Positions 25,220 through 38,688 of a DNA stretch of 64,000 nucleotides are shown here, one piece after another. The position numbers were made by a program, and so were the translations under genes. This stretch comes from Octopus vulgaris (Eukaryota): contig OX597820.1 of the NCBI GenBank assembly GCA_951406725.2, positions 63,488,001 through 63,552,000 of the forward strand, read 5' to 3'. Positions within the stretch are counted from its first letter, which is position 1. Each line of letters starts with the position of its first letter. The notes beneath the pieces are model-generated. The model was not told where the DNA came from and ran no database searches. It worked only from the letters and a program-made list of their open reading frames with translations.

Positions 25220-25247
25220 TACAATCATACATACATACATACATACA

Positions 25248-25283
<36 letters not shown>

Positions 25284-25288
25284 TATAA

Positions 25289-25345
<57 letters not shown>

Positions 25346-25509
25346 CTCTTCCGGTTGGAATTTGATTTACCAATATTCTTTATGTGAGTTCCTGTGTTGA
25401 AGCATATTTGTTGTGTCTAGAAACAGTAATTCTCTGTTAAATAATAAGGCACTAAAAGAGAATGACTCTTCCCAGACAATATATATATATATATATATAT
25501 ATATTCCAT

Positions 25510-25730
25510 TATTCTTTTTACTTGTTTCAGACATTTGACTACAGCTGTTCTGGAGCGGTGCCTTAAAGGGTTTTACTCGAAGGAATCGACACGAGTACTT
25601 ATTTTTGTAATCCCAGTATTTATTTTATTGAGCTGATTTGCCAAACCGCTAAGTCGCAGGATATGAACAGGCCAACAGCGGTTGACAAGTGAGGACAAAA
25701 CAGACACAAACACATACACATAAATCAATG

Positions 25731-25774
<44 letters not shown>

Positions 25775-25885
25775 CATATTTACGACGGATTTCTTTCAGT
25801 TTCCGTCTACCAAAACCCACTCACAAGACATTGTCGTCCCCAGGGTATTGTAGAAGACATTTGTCCTAGGTACCACTGCCACGTG
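25510..25885 (-). mobile_element. SINE family B, degenerate
   Basis: Homologous to 31741-32181. Confidence 0.75.
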
Positions 25886-25980
25886 GAAATATGTAATTGT
25901 GAGACACATTTCTTACCACAAATCCACGCGTGTGCATATATATACAGATACATACATACACACACACACATATATGTATA

Positions 25981-26113
<133 letters not shown>

Positions 26114-26121
26114 GTATATAT

Positions 26122-26792
26122 ACGAGTCTGGGTAGAGTCATTCGCTTTTAGTACCTTGCTATTTAACACACTCACCAGTAAACTTTTCACTCAATAACTT
26201 ACTGATTTTCTTTCTTAAAATTTTCCTTCCATCTTGCAATCTTTTCAATAATCTTTGAGTTGGATGTAATATGTGTAGCGTGTGACCGTCGAATTGACCA
26301 TGACAGAGAAAGCTGAGCAGAGAATCTGCATCAAATTTTGTCAAGCGCGTGACAATACCTGCTCAGAGGTCTGCGCAAATTATTTTAAAAGTTTTCATCG
26401 TACTCGATCCAATGAAGGAGTTCTTGTGAAACTGAAATCCAAGTCCTCTTGGTCAGCTGAAAGCAGTTTTAGCACACAGTTAGCAGACACGCGTCTCACA
26501 CCCAAATCGTGTGTGGCTCATACACTCTTCTCTATACCCTTTCTGCAACTTTCTGTTGGACTCTATAGGCATCGCCTTGACAACTCTCTCTGTCATGGTC
26601 AGTGCGACGTTCACACGCTATACAGCTCCCTTCCAAGCACTGCAGTAAAGTGCGGAAGTGAGCTAGAAAGTTAAATGTTAGTGAGCATGGATAGCTGAGA
26701 TGAAAGTCAACCTTTGCCAAGCGGCTTTACTCGACGTTCCTTAGCTTCGTTACTATGTCAACTGACCGGATACTAATTGATCAGACCCGGTA
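26122..26792. mobile_element. Mariner-derived MITE-like element
   Basis: MTEKAEQRICIKFCQ (mariner N-terminus) at about 26300. Internal inverted repeat at 26273-26309/26587-26621. Inserted in TA repeats. Confidence 0.7.
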
Positions 26793-27029
26793 TATATGTG
26801 TGTCTATGTGTGTATGTGTGTGTGTGCGCGTGTGTGTGTGTGTATGTTTATGGTGGTGAGCTGGCAGAATCGATAGCACGCCAGGTGAAATGCTTAGCAG
26901 TCAATTGTTATATGTAGCTTTCTACAAATGGAAGCGCCCATATTAACGTATACATATGCCCAGGCACACGCATTACATAAACGCACAAACACACTGACAC
27001 ATATATGCATATATATATATATATGCGTG

Positions 27030-27070
<41 letters not shown>

Positions 27071-28034
27071 TGCGTATAATGGTCTATGGGTCGGTATCTG
27101 TACGCAAATAAACATCTTACTTGAATACCGAAATATCAGCAAATGTTTAGCTACCTCGGTGTGTGTATGTGTGTGTCTTTGTGTGTGTGTATATATGTAC
27201 CTTTGTGTCTGCGAGTATCTGCGTAAAAATTCAAAACTATCTACTATATATGTATATGCGTAGTATTCAAGTTATTGCACAAACATTTCTGCCGAAAGCG
27301 TTCCATTATATCCTCAGGTTAAAAGCTTAACCTTGTTCAGACCCAGCAGCTAACTGTTCAGTTTGACAATTCTGGTGTTTTATATATTGCATTAAATATT
27401 AGTCAAGAAACTTTTAACGACAAGCATGATCGTATGCTGCGTAAAGTTCAATTAGAATGCATTTTTCTATTTTCATAAGTTTATGGCTTTGCTCCTGCTC
27501 TGTATGGGAATGAGTTTATATAAATATTGACATGTGTGCATATTTGTATGCTTCTGTTTATATTTTTCTGATTAGATAAGAGACTTTAAAATATTTTTCC
27601 ACACATACATGCGCTTCAGTAAAATTTTATATGTATATATGTAACAATATATATATACGTAAATACACACATAAATACCTACTACATAGGTTATGTAAAA
27701 CGCTTGCACAAAAACCGAGATATACAAGGTTTCACGGAGAAAGAGCAAAAGAAAAGTACACAGATTCTCTAAATGTAGAGATTTTCGTGTGAACAGATGC
27801 ACGCACTTGGGTATATGCAAAGACAGTTCAACCAACACACCAATCGAACCACATATTTATAAGCATGGTGAAGTCTCTTAACGCAAAAGGCCTTGTAGCT
27901 TTGTTAGTCTCCGACTTAAACTTTCTCGAGGACCTGAATTAAATTGAAAATAAGTTCATGCATACTCACGTACGTACGTACGTTCATGGTGGTTGTCTAG
28001 TTTTTATGCAGAATTTGCCGACATCTTTTACTTA

Positions 28035-28230
28035 CTACTTAGATCTATCATGGCGTCTGATGTGACTTTCTAAACTAGACAATTTATTGAAAAGACAGCC
28101 ACATACACTACATATCTGATTTAGACCACTAAAAGCTGCAGTTAAATTCTCATCTTTGTAGACCTCAAAGTGTATTTTGAGGCCTTCATTAGAATTGCAG
28201 ACCTTATGATATACACGGAGGTACGAACAT
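28035..28230 (-). pseudogene. Isolated C2H2 zinc-finger coding fragment (LINE C-terminus or ZNF relic)
   Basis: CSVCGCLFNKLSSLESHIRRH followed shortly by a stop, preceded by a decayed finger (YHKVCNSNEGLKIHFEVY). The 5' side is truncated at a (TATG)n tract. Confidence 0.5.
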
Positions 28231-28377
28231 GCATACATACATACATACATACATACATACATACATACATACATAGAATATATTAGGATAAAGAATATAG
28301 CATACTTTTCGAGCCTTATGGACTCACAGTGACCGGTTTCGCGGTTTCTGTGACACACACACACACACACACACATA

Positions 28378-28451
<74 letters not shown>

Positions 28452-28514
28452 TATATACACCTATATATACTTATACATAGTATGCATTCATATATACCAA
28501 CATATGCATATTCG

Positions 28515-28820
28515 GATTCAGAGACCCCTTCGGTCATGAATGAGCAGGGTATTGCACCTAGAAAGTTACCCTCCTAGGCACAAGTCCGGGAAAGGTTGTT
28601 CATGGAAGACTAGCAGTCACCCATGCATACCAGCCTCCGCTCTCCAAGCCACCGATGTTATCCAAGGAAAATGCAAAGGCCAATACAGCTGAGTGAATTG
28701 GAGCAACGTGAAATAAAATATCTTCCTCAAGAACACAACACGCCGCCCTGTCCGGGATTCGAACTCACAATCTCCCGGTCGTAAGATCGACGCTCTTACC
28801 ACTGAGCCTTGCAGCTTCAC
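28515..28820 (-). mobile_element. tRNA-derived CORE-like SINE, family C
   Basis: Minus strand GGCTCAGTGGTAAGAGCG (A box), GAGTTCGAATCCC (B box), then GTGTTGTGTTCTTGAGGAAGATATTTTATTTCAC. Confidence 0.85.
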
Positions 28821-28939
28821 ACGAACAGAAGCATAAGCATACATATAATCAAAGACACACATACACACACACGCGCGCATACATACGCACGTCAGTAGTC
28901 TCGACTTCATACAAACACTGTTAAAATACTCATATACAG

Positions 28940-29017
<78 letters not shown>

Positions 29018-30671
29018 TTAATATGCATGCGTATGTGTATGTGTGTGAGCTTTTGTATTTACGCGAATGTTTGCCTTCTCTTTTTTTTGTTTTACCTATA
29101 GAAACCGTTGTTATGTCAGAATAACCTAAAGTTTAATTTGGCAAATTGGTGAACCGGAATCGACAAGTTTATTATCAAACTGAAGCAAATATTTGGGTAT
29201 ATATTGCTAACACCTCTATCTATTGTAACAGATATATCCATTATTGATTTGGTCGAATGAGCAGAACCAGTAAAACTATAAATTGCTATGAAAGTAATGA
29301 TTTCCGGCCTCACTTACAATTACATGCATGTGTTACCTAATTGTACTTGATGATTTACGTAAGATAGGGTCGCAGATCAAGTCCCTGTGCAGGAACTTCG
29401 CCATTGATATTCGATTCAATACAGACCTGTTCAACAAATGCATCGAGCTGAAACATCTACAAAATCGTTCTGGTTAGTAGCGTTGCATATGTCTGGGCCA
29501 CAGACGCCGTGTGTGACTGACTCCAACACGACTGTTGGCTTTCAGTACAACGTGCTACATTGCACGCCATCTCTGTAGCTTGTATGACATGCACGTCCTC
29601 TGTGTAGCTGGTATGTCAAATACATCAATACTGAAGGATGTATGCGGGGATGCGAAATGAGAATGAAATGTGTGACGATGGAAACGGCAACGTTTAAATC
29701 ATATTATCGTGTCCTAGAAACGCTCAGCCTGTATTTTCTAGGGATGCGTAATAGGAAAACGTATTCACACGCGAGAAAAACTATAGTGAACCAATGCCAT
29801 TAAGGACTTGATGTAAAGGGCTCTGATAGAGTGTAAAGCTGCATGACCCAACAGCAGCGTGTAGCGAGGAGTTATTTTTATCACTGAGGTTACTAAACTC
29901 CAACTATGAGTAGGGACGTATTCACTTAACTTACTCATGATCTCACATGTATGATGGAATAAGTCACCTAAAATTACTTATAGTTACAAGTGATAAAAGA
30001 ATCTGGTGAGTTTTAGCCACATTTGGCCTCACCAGTTAAATATATTCTACTGAAGTAACAAAACTATATCTCAATAGTAAATACAGAAAAGGTGCGAAAG
30101 TAATGCACGTCTATATATTACAATAGTTTCACATGGAGTAACAAAATATAGGAAGGTCGTATTTACAATATTTAAAGGAGCTTTAATAGTGGTACTATAT
30201 GATAATATTTTGCTCTGTGTTCCTTTGTGATTAACTAACGGTGTTGTGAAATTAATTAAGCTATGTTGAATTGGCTTGATTGCTACTCGGGTACAAGTGT
30301 TGTAGGTGTTCTTAATGTTGTTATAATTATTGTTGTTTTATCGTTGTTATTCAGCACCAATATAGCCGAGACTATGCATATCATATGATCAATGAATTTC
30401 CTACTTTAATTATGCTATCTGTTGTATATACCTGAGCAAACATCTATTTCCTATATCGTGGATGTGAGTTTTCTCGAAAAAAATCATCAGTAAGAGGTGA
30501 AGTCAGTACTACTTAGTAGTAGCCATATATATCTGCAAGAAATAATTGCCAAATATTAAAATATTACTCTGTCACTCGAATCATCGAAATAATTCTGTGG
30601 GTATATATACAAAAGACAGGATTGAATACACAAAGTATGAATCGGGATACAGAATCAATGATACATAATCT

Positions 30672-31078
30672 TTTCTACTCTAGGCACTAGGCCAGAAATT
30701 TGGAGGTGGCAGTTAATTAGACTGATCTCAGAACGCAACTGGTACATAATTTATCGACCCCGAAAGGCAAAGCCGACCTCGGTGGAATTTAAACAGAGAA
30801 CGTAACGGCAGACGAAGTAAGCATTTCGCCCGGCGTGTTAACCTTACTTATTTTTTTATTGCCCACAAGGGGCTAAACATAGAGGGGACAAACAAGGACA
30901 GACAAACGGATTAAGTCGATTACATCGACTCCAGTGCGTAACTGATACTTAATTTGTCGACTCCGAAAGGATAAAAGGCAAAGTCGACTAGCGCGGAATT
31001 TGAACTCACAACGTAACGCAGGCGAAATACCGCTAAGCATTTTCCCGGCGTCCTAACGTTTCTGCCAGCTCGACGCCT
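30672..31078 (-). mobile_element. Two adjacent family A SINE copies
   Basis: Both are homologous to 11887-12113 (about 30672-30842 and 30845-31078). Confidence 0.8.
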
Positions 31079-31740
31079 GAATCAACAGTAAATAATAACA
31101 AAACTATTTATACTGTAACTTGTTATTATACCGTTTTTCTTTCCAGGTAGTCTATGTAACCTGTTTTATATATATATTTAGCTAAGTGAAAAAGAGGTAC
31201 GTAGGAAAAGAGTAATAAAATGAAATTCGTTTCTTGCTAACAAAGTGTTAGGAGCATGATAATATGATTTAAACGATGTAGTTTCCTGGTTTGGTCGTCC
31301 CCACAATATATTCATTCCGCAACGACGTATTTTTTTGTTCACTTCTACCGTACAGTCCCCTGTGCAAGTATCTTATGATATTGTCGCAAGCTGTCTACTA
31401 TTGTGTGGCAAAATTTCGTTCAGGAAATTGCGTGGAAGCCTATCCTATATGAGTGTGTGTACGTGAGTTTATGTATGTGTGTGGTTGGCTGTGTGTGTGC
31501 GTGTGTATATGTGTGCGAACTCCTTCGTGTGTATTTGTGTGTGAGTGGGTATGTGGCTGTGTTATCCCATTTCTCTTTCATTGCATGACAATCGACGGTG
31601 TCGAATATACTTAGCGGATTCGCAAAAACAAAACGGTAGATACAAAGTCAAACTTCAACTAATTAATGATGACGATTTCTCCAGCTAAAATCATTGATTC
31701 AGTGCTACTGCATGGCCGGACTGCAAGGACTGAAACAAAT

Positions 31741-31946
31741 TACTCTTTTACTCTTTTAATCTTTTCAGTCATTTGACAGCGGCCATGCTGGAGCACCGCC
31801 TTTAGTCAAGCAAATCGACCCCAGGACTTATTCTTTGTAAGCCCAGTACTTATTCTGTCAGTCCCTTTTGCCGAACCGCTACGTGACGGGGACATAAACA
31901 CACCAGCTTCGGTTGTCAAGCAATGCTAGGGAGACAAAAACAGACA

Positions 31947-32035
<89 letters not shown>

Positions 32036-32181
32036 GACGGGCTTCTTTCATTTTCCGTCTACCAAATCCACTCATAAGGCTTTGGTAGAAGACACTTGCC
32101 CAAGAAGACACGCAGTGGGACTGAACCCGGAATCATATGGTTGGTAAGCAAGCTACTTACCACACAGCCACTCCTACGCCT
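31741..32181 (-). mobile_element. Full-length SINE family B with internal (TA)n(TG)n
   Basis: tRNA-like head AGGCGTAGGAGTGGCTGTGTGGTAAG..GGTTCAGTCCC, CORE-like segment, internal microsatellite, and a 3' end ..CAAATGACTGAAA with an (AAAAGAGT)n tail. Confidence 0.9.
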
Positions 32182-32586
32182 ATATGTGTTAGTTCTGTGA
32201 TAAATGGATAAATTTAACAGTAATTATTAGCAACCACCAGAAAATAGTAGAAAAGATTTTACTTGAAATTGCGTATACAAGGCTAAGTTGACCGGGGAGT
32301 AATGAAAACGTTATTGAGAGAACGAAGTTTAATGATTTTATATTATTATTTACCACATCGATACCACCGGGAATCACCAATGCACACACACACACACACA
32401 CACACACTTGCACCAGTATGCAAGATATATGCACAAACATTTAAGCACACACAATCACACACATACACACACACACTCACACACGCACACATACACACAC
32501 CTACACAGGCGCACATAAAGACGGTTTGACGGTGCCGAAATAAACAAGTATGAAAGGAATGAAAACCGAAATTATTACTGCAAATA

Positions 32587-32611
32587 ACAATTCTTCATCC
32601 ATATACATACA

Positions 32612-32647
<36 letters not shown>

Positions 32648-32782
32648 TATATATGCGTGTGTGTGTACATATAAGTATATAAATATATATATATTTATAT
32701 ATATATATATCTGTGAGCGTGTGTATATGTGTATGTATATATGCATATACGTATAAATACATATATATCAAGACCAAATACA

Positions 32783-32868
<86 letters not shown>

Positions 32869-32999
32869 TGTATTTGGTCTTGATATATATGTATTTATAC
32901 GTATATGCATATATACATACACATATACACACGCTCACAGATATATATATATAAATATATATATATTTATATACTTATATGTACACACACACGCATATA

Positions 33000-33035
<36 letters not shown>

Positions 33036-33060
33036 TGTATGTATATGGATGAAGAATTGT
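32587..33060. repeat. About 470-bp palindrome centred on (AT)n
   Basis: The non-repetitive marks ACAATTCTTCATCC and CAAGACCAAATACAAT are mirrored as reverse complements. Confidence 0.9.
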
Positions 33061-33607
33061 GTGTGTGTGTGTGTGTGTGTGTGTATGCAGGCATATATGT
33101 CTGAATATATATTAAATAACACATTATCGAAATTATATCTTATTCAGTCTGCCTGTACATTTGTTTCAACGTCAGTGTAAGTAAACTGAAGGACTGGTTA
33201 ATAATCAGCAAAAATATATTCTATTAGTTCAACATTTGTTTCAGTCCATTATCATCGAGGATATTTGCACATGAATGCAGCTGTTTTAAATATATATAAA
33301 ATTCTAATCAGATGCCGTTTGGGTAAATTAACCATGTAATCTGTACACAAATACACACAAGATCCTCAGTGAGACACAGGTACATATACACTTAGACAAA
33401 CACATGTAAACAAGTCGTAAAATTTATATACGATTTGATGAATGTGTGCTTGTGTGCGGTTTGTGCGTTTGCGTATCTATATATGTGTGTACCTCCGTAT
33501 TTATATATATATATATGTATATATATATGCGTATATATATATATGTATATATATCTATATATATGCGTATATATATATGTATATATATGTATATACATAC
33601 GTATATA

Positions 33608-33787
33608 CGGAGGCGTATCTATTTGGTAAGAAGCTTGCTTCCCACCCCCATCGTTCCGGGTTCAGTCTCGCTGCGTGAAACCAAGGCCTTGTGAGTGGAT
33701 TTGGTTATACGAAGACTGGAAGAAGTCGGTTGTATATATATATGCTTGTGTATATGTATGCGTGTCTGTGCGCGTGCTCGTGTATAT

Positions 33788-33833
<46 letters not shown>

Positions 33834-34095
33834 GCTTGTGTGTGTGTGTATGTGCACGCGAGTCTGCGTGTGTCTGTGTCTTTGTATCTGTAATTAGCAC
33901 ACCCCCATCACCGTTTTACAATTGGTATTGGTGAGTTTACGTCCCCCTAACGTAGGGGTTCAGTAAAAGGGCCGGACAGAATAAGTACTGGGCTTGAAAA
34001 TATGTCCTGAGGTCGATTTCTTCGACTAAAACCGCTCGAGGGGGTGCTCCCTTATGACCGGAATCAAATGATCGAAACATAATAGAATAAAGAGA
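33608..34095 (+). mobile_element. SINE family B
   Basis: Homologous to 31741-32181. Further degenerate copies lie at about 34998-35360 (+), 42690-42850 (-), 51530-51900 (-) and 55030-55410 (-). Confidence 0.8.
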
Positions 34096-34444
34096 ATGAG
34101 ATAATATGTGGACAAGAAAAAGAAACACACCCTTACTTTGCGTAATGCTTCTAAATAGTAGCTGGAGATATATTTCCGGTCTGTAATAACCGAAAGCCCA
34201 ACAAAAGGACATATCCCTGGACGAAATGATGCAGTCAAGGTAATATATTGAGTAGACCCCTAGGATTGAAATTTTGTGATCATACATACATACATACATA
34301 CATACACACGAACATTGTCAATCTAATTAAATAAATTCCATATGTGGTTGAAGAGTGTTCTACATTTTAAAACTGATGTAATACTTACATTCTTTAATTA
34401 AATGAAGTAGCATGAAACGATTGTACTACCCTACTTTTGGATAC

Positions 34445-34563
34445 CCCGAAAGGATGAAAGGCAAAGTCGACTTCGGCGGAATTTGAACTCAGAATGTAAC
34501 AGCAGACGAAACCCGGCTACGCATTTCGCCCGGCATGCTAACGTTTCTGGTAGCTCGCCGCCC
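34445..34563 (-). mobile_element. SINE family A, 5' part
   Basis: Homologous to 11995-12113. Other copies lie at about 37740-37935 (+), 46270-46380 (-) and 51035-51420 (-). Confidence 0.8.
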
Positions 34564-35775
34564 TTGGATACAATCTTAACTGATTCTCATGTATTTTGTT
34601 TTGCCCAAAAGCCAGGAATTTTCCAGTACCCTATCATATCTACAACAAGGCCTACCGACATATTGAATTTCCCACCAAAATGCGCTGCAAACTGTATAAG
34701 CCATGTTCATAAATGGTAGAGGTGATGATAGAGATAATGTCTTTGCTGATAAATGTGGTCGTACAGGATGACCTAGGGTTGAACATCAACAAATTCAACA
34801 GCCTTATTCGAGATTTTTTTTTTCTCAATGATTTCAATTCAACGCTTTGCGTTCGTCTCATTTTCTCTCCGTGGAAAATTACGCTTTTCTTTCTCCCTTC
34901 CTTCTTCTCATCTTTATTTCTCTCTCATTTCCCCCCTTTTTCTCTCCCTCTCTCTTATCATTCTTTTTGCCGCTGTCTTTAATCAATAATGTAATCTTTG
35001 AGTGGCTTTGTGGTAAGAAGCTTCCAAACCACAAGCTTCAGTACCACTGCATGAAATCTTGGGCAAATATGACCTACTATAGCCGCGGGCTTACCAAAGC
35101 CTTGTGAATGGATTTGACAAACGGAAGCAAACGGAAACAAAGCAGTCTGTCTTTGTGTTTATATTTGTCCGCCACCACCTCTTGATTACCGGTGCTGGTG
35201 TGTTTACGACCCTGTAACTTGGCGGCTCGAGACAAGAAATCGATAGAATAAGTACCGGGTTTAGGAAAAGAAATTACGTACTGGGATCGATTCATTCGAC
35301 TAAAAATTATTCAAAGCATGGCCTTGCATAGCTGCAGTTTAATGACTGAAACAAGTAAAAGATTTGTTATTAGTATCGTCAATATTACGGTTGATCTTTT
35401 CCTTAAGATTCTTACACACGATTGAAACCTTACCAAAACTTTTGCAGCTATCTTCGTTATTCTCATCTTTAAATTTATAGCCGTTAGTATGCTCAACACC
35501 ATCGTCGTCCTCGTCGACATCATCATCAACTTCGTCTTGTCGTCGTCCTCGTCGTCTTCATTATCATCGTTGTCGGCGTCACCAGCCTCCTCCTCCCCCT
35601 CCTCCTCTTCATCATCATGATATGGACATCATCTCTCTTGTTATAATCACTAGCATTTTTATTATCTCCAACGTCAACAGAATTTTCTTTATCTTAGTAT
35701 TGAAATCAAAATATTCATCATCACAATCCCACATCATATTCTTATCTGATAATAAAAATGATTATGATGACATCA

Positions 35776-35845
35776 TGATGATGATGATGATGACGACGAT
35801 GATGATGATGATGATGAAGATGATGATGATGATGATGATGATGAC

Positions 35846-35893
<48 letters not shown>

Positions 35894-35920
35894 GAAATGA
35901 TGATGATGATGATGATGATG

Positions 35921-35989
<69 letters not shown>

Positions 35990-35990
35990 T
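35776..35990. repeat. (GAT)n-(AAT)n compound microsatellite
   Basis: Direct reading. Confidence 0.95.
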
Positions 35991-35996
35991 TAATAT

Positions 35997-36555
35997 AAAA
36001 TGCCCCAATGCAGTACCAGACAGTAGATCTCATGGCTTCTGATCTCAACTGATAGGAATTGTTATCCTGTACACAGCTTTGTCTTGGTATAAAAGATGGA
36101 CTACAGCAAATAATCTGCTCAATAACACAGATTTGCTTGTCAGTTGTTTGACGTTAACCAGTTGAGCTTTTCCCTTAGTGACTGACGATATGTGCATCTC
36201 TGATCACAAGCAGAAGTAGTGGTGGAGCATCGTAGCCGTGTGTTGAAAGGAAATCTTAGAGGTTTGGATAATTCACCTTTGGAAACAGGGGTGATTCGTT
36301 CAACATGCTTAAACAACCCTTATTGAATAACCTTTCAAGTGGGGTGGGTTACTCAACCAGAAGAAAGTTCTAACTGGGCCCCACCTGCAAGGTCGTGCGC
36401 TATTTATCTTGATATGAGATCACGATGTCGCCCACTTATGATAGTGCTGTATGTTCCGGGTGTAATCTTATCAGACGGGTAGTCATGATGGGTGTACTGG
36501 TCTACGTATATTTTACCCCAGTGTCACTTTGACGGCATGCACTGCTCTCTCACTC
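35997..36555 (+). mobile_element. Unclassified non-coding element embedded in (AAT)n
   Basis: A GC-richer block of about 560 bp with (AAT)n on both sides and no ORF. Orientation is assumed. Confidence 0.45.
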
Positions 36556-36603
<48 letters not shown>

Positions 36604-36884
36604 GGTGGTTCTGATAATGATGATGGTGATCATCATTGTAACGATGCTCCTTAAGATTCTGCTGCTGCTGATGTTGATGATGTTGAATATGATGATTATG
36701 ATCATAAAAGTAATTATTATTACTGCTCGTTTTATTATTATTATTTTTATTGCTGTTGTTATTCTGCTTGTTCCTGCATTCCCCTTTTGACAGCGAACAA
36801 AGTAGTTTGTTTATATTTGTTTATATATTTATATATATATGTTTTTTTTTAATTCCCTCAACCCACGCGCACTTGTGCAATTAC

Positions 36885-36939
<55 letters not shown>

Positions 36940-37427
36940 ATAAGACAGACAGAAATGAAGGGATGTGTAGAAAGCAGTTAAATGATTGTAAGCGTTATAT
37001 AACAGAATAGTGTGACAAGGCAATGAAATAATGTTTGGTTGCTGTTAAAGGTTTTAATATTCAAACATTTCTATATCTTTCTTCCGTGAATGTATCTATG
37101 TAGATCGACAGATTTCTTGATGGATAGAAGATAGAACGTTGGGTGGCTACATATAGCGACACATAATAACCATAGCTATACAATATAACCTGAGTAAACA
37201 GGTAAGGATGTAATTTTTAAGTTTTAATATGTTGCCGACCAAAGGTTGAGGCCATGCTGGACACTGGAATTTTTTTTTTTTTTGGTGGGGTGGGAGTTAT
37301 TCGGTTTAAATGTTTGTCTGTAATGTTAGAGTAGACGGATATAAAACATCGACATATATGTAAATAGAATATGATAGATAAATAGATTGATAGATATGTA
37401 CGTAGGTAGGTTGGTAGGTTGGTGTAC

Positions 37428-37474
<47 letters not shown>

Positions 37475-37511
37475 GATAGATAGATATATAGATAGATAGA
37501 TAGATAGATAG

Positions 37512-37591
<80 letters not shown>

Positions 37592-37592
37592 T

Positions 37593-37638
<46 letters not shown>
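37428..37638. repeat. (GATA)n microsatellite
   Basis: Direct reading. A second long tract lies at about 57731-57910. Confidence 0.95.
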
Positions 37639-37639
<1 letters not shown>

Positions 37640-38027
37640 TAATGATTGACTGATAGTCCATTCAATATTGCTTATGCGGATTTTTACATATATTCAAGAC
37701 TTTCAAAATTCAAAAAATATAACCATGGAATATTCACAGGCGTGGAGGCAGAACCGTTAGTACTCCAGGCAAAATCCTCGCGGCCTGTATGTTCTGAGTT
37801 CAAGTTCCGCCGAGGTTGACTTTGCCTATTATCTCTTCGGGCTCGCTAATATATGTACTAGTGGAACAATGGATTCGATATGATCGACTCATCCCATCCC
37901 CCAAAGCAACTTGTGGCAAAATATGTGAAACCATTATTATTATTGTTGTTGTTATTGTTGTTGTTATTATTATTACTATTGCTATTATTATTATTATTAT
38001 TATTATTATTATCATTATTATTATTAC

Positions 38028-38103
<76 letters not shown>

Positions 38104-38106
<3 letters not shown>

Positions 38107-38600
38107 TAGTTTTATTTTTATAGCGTGCTTTCACTTCACTACCGAGCGCAGCTCTGTGTGCCTTGGGTATGTGCTGTGATTTGTTGTGATGCTCTGATGG
38201 TTATTGTATGGAAAGTGTTCTGCGTAGGATGTGTGCAGTGCCTAGTAGTGCAATTTTCTGTATGTTATATGTGTTTGTAAGTCCTGGTGTTTTTGTTATG
38301 TATTTGTCTGAATATTTTTTTATCATGCCTAATACACCTACTATGATAGGAATTGTTTCTGTTTTCAGGTTCCACATTCTAGTTTCCTCTATTTCCAGGT
38401 CTTTGTATTTTGAGAGTTTCTCCATTTCTTTTAGAGACACGTTGTCATCTGCCGGTATTGATACATCAATTAGAAAGCATTTTTTTCTTCATGATCTCTG
38501 ACAACTATATCTGGTCTGTTGGCCTTAATTTCTCTATCTGTGTGTATCGGCATATCCCAGAGTATGGTTGCTTTCTCGTTTTCTGTGACCTTTTCTTGTG

Positions 38601-38602
<2 letters not shown>
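38104..38602 (-). mobile_element. R4/Dong-clade non-LTR retrotransposon, 5'-truncated copy 1
   Basis: REL-endonuclease C-terminus RPDIVV..FLIDVSIP..EKLSKYKDLEIE..IPIIVGVLG..QKIALLGTAHILRRTL plus 3' UTR. (TAA)n on both sides. Confidence 0.9.

Positions 38603-38685
<83 letters not shown>

Positions 38686-38688
<3 letters not shown>

Noticed and set aside
28750-28820. tRNA genes at SINE heads (also 1797, 12040, 32110, 45672)
   Set aside because: A/B boxes are present, but there is no complete cloverleaf and each continues into a SINE body.
29330-29800. Possible RTE LINE remnant on the minus strand (QATEM, RRLWPRHMQR)
   Set aside because: Only two weak motif echoes, which is not enough without a profile search.
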